A model generated the notes under the pieces. That model made no database searches. It saw nothing but the letters and a program-made list of their open reading frames with translations, and had not been told where the DNA came from. DNA of 29,068 bases, taken from NCBI GenBank assembly GCA_040754655.1, contig JBFMCE010000054.1:1-29068 (forward strand), written 5' to 3'. Positions within the stretch are counted from its first letter, which is position 1; each line of letters opens with the position of its first letter. The translations under genes were made by a program, and so were the position numbers. Below are positions 25,075 to 29,068 of the stretch, piece by piece. The DNA is from Bdellovibrionota bacterium (GTDB lineage: Bacteria; Bdellovibrionota; UBA1018; UBA923).

Positions 25075-26283
25075 CTACCGAGTGAAGAGTTTGAGGGCCG
25101 CACGCGCCGCGGCCTTAAGAGGAGATGTTCCCGACTCTCGCGGAGGCAAAAGAAGATCTCGCGTTCTCGCGAGTTCTCGCTCCATCTTTTTCCGATAGGG
25201 ACCTTCTTGATACACGCGCAAGAGTTCATCGCGTATTTTCTCAGGAGTGCACTCTTCTAAAATAAGTTCAGGCACGGTCGGCGAGACCTTCTCTCCCCAT
25301 CCCAACGCCGCATCCGAATCTTCCGCTAGAAAAAGATTCACGAGTCCGACGAAACCTCGGTAGCGCACGACATGCCTGTAAAACAAAGCTGACGAGCGTG
25401 ACGATTGATAGGCCAAAACCATCGGTGTTCCAAGCAAGGCAGCTTCTAGAGTCGACGTGCCCGACTTCACCAGTGCGGCGCGCGCGGCCCTCAAACACTC
25501 GTGGCTCATTCCCTTGACGCACTTGACGTTCGAAAGATGTTTTTGAAAAACCTGCTCGACTTCCGAGATTTCTATCGCTTGCGCGACTGGAACAACCACG
25601 ACCGGCTTTGCCTGCGAGGGAGGCAATTTTTCTAAGAACTCTGCGATGGCCCTGGCAAAAAGATCGCCGTGATACCGTACTTCATTGTGACGGCTCCCAG
25701 GCATCACGGTCAACACTTCGGTCCGAGGATCGATTCCCAAAAGTTCTTTGGCTTGAGCTTCGGTCAACGAAGAAGAGACCTCGTCTACCAGTGGATTACC
25801 CACGTACTCAAACGGGACTTCCCACTCCTCGTAGATTTTTCTTTCAAAGGGAAGAATGCTCAGCACGAGTTTCACGTGTTGCGCTATCAATTCAATGCGC
25901 TCAGGCCTCCAGACCCAAACCTTCGGCGGGATGAAATAGACCACTGGTACACCGAAAAAGTGAAGCATTGAAGCAAGACGAAGGTTGATCTCGCCATTGT
26001 CGACGAGGATCGCGCCATCAGGGAGTTTTTCGAACAAACGTTTTTCAAGAAGCTTTTCCAACTTCTTTCTCTTAGGAAGTTTTGAAATGACCTCAAGTGG
26101 TCCGCCACCAACCGAAAATTCGCGATTGTGCATCATCAACTGTGCGCCTTGAGCAGCAAGCTGGTCTCCACCCAGACCAAAAACTTTGAGGTCTCGTCCT
26201 GAAACCAGGGTTCCAAGTTCCCGGATCAAGTGGGCGCAATGAATATCCGAACTTGCTTCGCCTGCAGAAACAAAGAGTTCCAC
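25075..26283 (-). CDS. lpxB: Lipid-A-disaccharide synthase
   Basis: AGEASSD, PKVWVWR, ILPFE, VGNPL, PGSR, KSGTSTLE; probable GTG start 1 nt after the lpxA stop. Confidence 0.92.
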   Translation of the reverse strand: MELFVSAGEASSDIHCAHLIRELGTLVSGRDLKVFGLGGDQLAAQGAQLMMHNREFSVGGGPLEVISKLPKRKKLEKLLEKRLFEKLPDGAILVDNGEINLRLASMLHFFGVPVVYFIPPKVWVWRPERIELIAQHVKLVLSILPFERKIYEEWEVPFEYVGNPLVDEVSSSLTEAQAKELLGIDPRTEVLTVMPGSRHNEVRYHGDLFARAIAEFLEKLPPSQAKPVVVVPVAQAIEISEVEQVFQKHLSNVKCVKGMSHECLRAARAALVKSGTSTLEAALLGTPMVLAYQSSRSSALFYRHVVRYRGFVGLVNLFLAEDSDAALGWGEKVSPTVPELILEECTPEKIRDELLRVYQEGPYRKKMERELARTRDLLLPPRESGTSPLKAAARAALKLFTR

Positions 26284-26284
26284 T

Positions 26285-27073
26285 CTACCGGTACACGCCT
26301 TTTTCAGAAGCCCTGACAAATTTCACGAATTGTTGAACCACTTCATGTCCCCCAAGCTGTTCTTCAAGACGCCTGAGTGCTGCTTCCTTTTCGAGGCTCT
26401 TGTCTTTGAAAAACAACTTATTCACTTCTTGAAGGGCTGAAATCGCATCTTCGCGAAAACCTTTTCGTTTTAACCCAACAAGGTTCATCCCAAGAATCTC
26501 AAATCCCGAGGTCGGACCACGACCCAAAGTGAACGGAGGAACATCACGATCCACTCCGCTGCACCCTCCGATATAACAGTGCGCACCCACGCGGATGAAC
26601 TGACTGACTGCGCTGAGCCCCCCGATAATCGCGAAGTCTTCGACAAGCACGTGTCCCGCGAGCTGGCAACCATTGGCGATCACGGTGCCATTCCCCACTT
26701 TCACGTCGTGCCCCAAGTGCACATAGGCCATCAAAAGATTTGAATCCCCTAGCTGCGTTACTCCGCCACCGCCTTGAGTACCAATATTGAGGGTGGCAGA
26801 TTCGCGAATCGTGTTGCCATTGCCGATACGCAACTCTGTTGACTCACCTTTGTACTTCAAATCCTGCGGAACGCCGCCAATGACTGAGAACGGATAAAAC
26901 GTGTTCTCTTCTCCGACCGTGGTTCGGTTTTCAATGACAACGTGGCTTATCAAACGATTGTTGGGCCCCAATACGACTTCTTTGCCAACAATGCAGAAAG
27001 GGCCAATCTCACAGCTTGAATCAATTCGTGCCTCAGGATGAACGATTGCCGTAGGATGAATGCGCGCGCTCAT
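26285..27073 (-). CDS. lpxA: UDP-N-acetylglucosamine acyltransferase
   Basis: IHPTAIV, PQDLKY, IRE, LMAYVHLGHD, LAGHV, DVPPF; hexapeptide repeats. Confidence 0.96.
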   Translation of the reverse strand: MSARIHPTAIVHPEARIDSSCEIGPFCIVGKEVVLGPNNRLISHVVIENRTTVGEENTFYPFSVIGGVPQDLKYKGESTELRIGNGNTIRESATLNIGTQGGGGVTQLGDSNLLMAYVHLGHDVKVGNGTVIANGCQLAGHVLVEDFAIIGGLSAVSQFIRVGAHCYIGGCSGVDRDVPPFTLGRGPTSGFEILGMNLVGLKRKGFREDAISALQEVNKLFFKDKSLEKEAALRRLEEQLGGHEVVQQFVKFVRASEKGVYR

Positions 27074-27615
27074 GTGGCTGCTCCTCCGATGTTAAGTTGG
27101 GCAAGAAAATTCGCTTCCGCAGCATGTTTCCCGTCAACAGAGACCTCTCCACGAAATCCCCAAAGATGCCCACGCACTTGAGTCGCCTCAACACGCATGT
27201 CCATTCTGTCGCCAGGCAGGATGAGTTTGCGAAAACGCACCTTATCAAAACCTGCCAGTATGACTCCGAGCCGTGGAAGTTTTCCTTTATTTGCAGCTGC
27301 AATGAAAGGAACGGTAATGAAAGCAGCCGATTGCGCCAATGCCTCTAAAGTAAGAACTCCGGGGAAAATCGGATTTTCAGGAAAATGCCCTTGAAACTGC
27401 GTTTCATTGGCTGTGACGTTTTTGACAGTCCGCGCGTAACTTCCCTTTCGCGCTTCTTGCATCTCAGATTCCGTCATGTCCAAACTCAAAGGAAGAGCGG
27501 TCTTGATTTCAAGAACCTTATCCACCATCAAAAAAGGATAACGATGCGGTAAAACCTTCAGGATATCTTGGATATCCAGCTGGGTGCGTTCAATCCAATA
27601 ACGTTCAGGGCTCAT
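27070..27615 (-). CDS. fabZ: 3-hydroxyacyl-ACP dehydratase
   Basis: LPHRYPFLMVD, KNVT.NE..FQGHFP..PIFPGVL.LEALAQ, VRFRK.ILPGD. Confidence 0.95.
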   Translation of the reverse strand: MSPERYWIERTQLDIQDILKVLPHRYPFLMVDKVLEIKTALPLSLDMTESEMQEARKGSYARTVKNVTANETQFQGHFPENPIFPGVLTLEALAQSAAFITVPFIAAANKGKLPRLGVILAGFDKVRFRKLILPGDRMDMRVEATQVRGHLWGFRGEVSVDGKHAAEANFLAQLNIGGAAT

Positions 27616-27620
27616 ATCGA

Positions 27621-28694
27621 CTACTTTCCTTCCAGCTTCTTCACTCTTTCATAGAGCTCGGGAAGACGTTCAAACGATGCAACCAGCCTCCACCATTCTC
27701 GGCGCGGCCTGGGCAGGAGTGAACCCATCACTTGTTCTCCAGGTTTAAGATCCTTTGAAAGACCGCTCATCGGCCCCAAAATCGCCATGTCACCGATTTC
27801 CACTTTATCAGCAACACCTGCTTTTCCGGCGAGAATCGCTCCTTTTCCAATGGTGACATTCCCGGCAAGGCCTACTTGAGCGCATAAAATCGCATGCGCC
27901 TTAACGTGACCGTTATGCCCAATCTGGCACTGGTTATCGATCTTGGCGCCCGCCTCGATCACCGTGTCTTTCAAAGTGCCGCGATCGACTGTCGTTCCAG
28001 AACCAATCTCTACATCATCACCGATTACAACCTTGCCTAGATGCCAGATTTTCGCCGCGCCCTTTGCGGATCTTGCGTAACCAAATCCGTCCGAGCCTAT
28101 TACAACGTTTGCATGAAGGCGCACGCGATTGCCAATCATGGTTCGAGGATAGAGAACCACGCCAGGAAACAACAAACAATCAGCTCCAATAGTGACCTGA
28201 GGTCCCACCACCGCATTTGCGAGAAGTACAGTTCTCGGACCAACCTTTGCGCCCTCGCAAACGACCACTCCCGGTCCGATTTTTGCTGTGGGATCAATTT
28301 CCGAGCCGCTGTGGATATACGAATCCTTAGAATCAGAAAGGCGCCAATCTGCCAAAGGATCGCGTTCCGCGATGAGCTCACTTAAATGAGCAAGCCCTAG
28401 ATAAGCATCTTTACTGCTCATACAAACCTTTACTGTGGAAGGGAGGAGTGAGAGCGCCCGTTCCGCAAACTGGCTTTGTAGGACCAACACGCCTGCTCGG
28501 GTCTTGTCGATGTCTTTGACGAATGCTTCTGAAATGACGAAAGCGACCCCGGTTGAACCGACTTCAAGAGGCTCTCCAAGTTCTGTGACTTGAAGATTTG
28601 CTACCGGACTCGAAGAGTTCAAGTCGCTTCGAAGAATCTCCCCGGAAACAGCCTTGAGGATCTCTTCAAGCGATAAAGGTGCAATCTTAACCAT
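27621..28694 (-). CDS. lpxD: UDP-3-O-(3-hydroxyacyl)glucosamine N-acyltransferase
   Basis: [37 protein letters not shown]. Confidence 0.96.
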   Translation of the reverse strand: MVKIAPLSLEEILKAVSGEILRSDLNSSSPVANLQVTELGEPLEVGSTGVAFVISEAFVKDIDKTRAGVLVLQSQFAERALSLLPSTVKVCMSSKDAYLGLAHLSELIAERDPLADWRLSDSKDSYIHSGSEIDPTAKIGPGVVVCEGAKVGPRTVLLANAVVGPQVTIGADCLLFPGVVLYPRTMIGNRVRLHANVVIGSDGFGYARSAKGAAKIWHLGKVVIGDDVEIGSGTTVDRGTLKDTVIEAGAKIDNQCQIGHNGHVKAHAILCAQVGLAGNVTIGKGAILAGKAGVADKVEIGDMAILGPMSGLSKDLKPGEQVMGSLLPRPRREWWRLVASFERLPELYERVKKLEGK

Positions 28695-29068
28695 TCTTCT
28701 TTTTCGATTTTTCGTTGAATAGTTTGATCACTTCCTCAGTCAGGTCATCTTTCTTTTGAGAGTAAAGCACTGCATTTTCGTTCTTCTCAAGAATGAGTGT
28801 GTAACCCTTTTTATCGCCTAAATCTTCTACGATGCCCTTTAAGGTCAGGATCAGAGGTTCCGTCAGTTGTCGTTCGCGATTTTGAATATGAACCTGGGAA
28901 TTCTGGAAAAGCTCACGATACTTCATCATGCGTTCTTGAATCTCGTTCTGTTTTCTGCCCTTAGCCTCATCACTCAGAACCAAGGATTGCTTCTTGAACT
29001 CTTCCGTCATCTTTTTGATGGCGGCTTCTTCAGCCTCGAGTTGTTTTTTCTTATCATTGAACTCTTTC
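28687..29068 (-). CDS. skp: OmpH/Skp periplasmic chaperone, 5'-truncated by the window edge
   Basis: Frame is open to the window end ([14 protein letters not shown]...); coiled-coil then GYTLILEK...VLY...DLTEEVIK; directly upstream of lpxD. Confidence 0.9.
   Translation of the reverse strand, partial: KEFNDKKKQLEAEEAAIKKMTEEFKKQSLVLSDEAKGRKQNEIQERMMKYRELFQNSQVHIQNRERQLTEPLILTLKGIVEDLGDKKGYTLILEKNENAVLYSQKKDDLTEEVIKLFNEKSKKKNG

Noticed and set aside
25041..25229. 63-residue N-terminal extension of LpxK in the ORF track
   Set aside because: Overlaps the lpxB 3' end and is non-homologous; an ORF-calling artefact.
1..29068. CRISPR array, IS/transposase, integrase, rRNA, tRNA
   Set aside because: No spaced direct repeats, terminal inverted repeats or matching motifs seen by eye.

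Overview
Bacterial chromosomal window, Gram-negative and probably Bdellovibrionota/Oligoflexia-like (inferred from gene content, not a database result). Left part (1-9.6 kb) is an accessory metal-homeostasis region: a short CNNM/CBS transporter divergent from an unusual efflux operon (His-rich leader ORF ending in RPP, CzcA/CusA-family RND pump, small periplasmic His-tipped protein, TolC, a lipoprotein of two tandem unknown domains, and an atypical second TolC-like protein). The operon has no periplasmic adaptor gene. A 616-bp gap follows that holds a candidate sigma54-driven structured small RNA. Then come a GT-C glycosyltransferase, a large radical SAM protein and a secreted hypothetical. 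The right part is a core minus-strand run: skp(partial)-lpxD-fabZ-lpxA-lpxB-lpxK-DUF3108 lipoprotein-GT9-GT4-rpsA-LOG-sppA-hypothetical-rsmB. No tRNA, rRNA, CRISPR array or transposase was recognised. All family calls come from motif recognition by eye.
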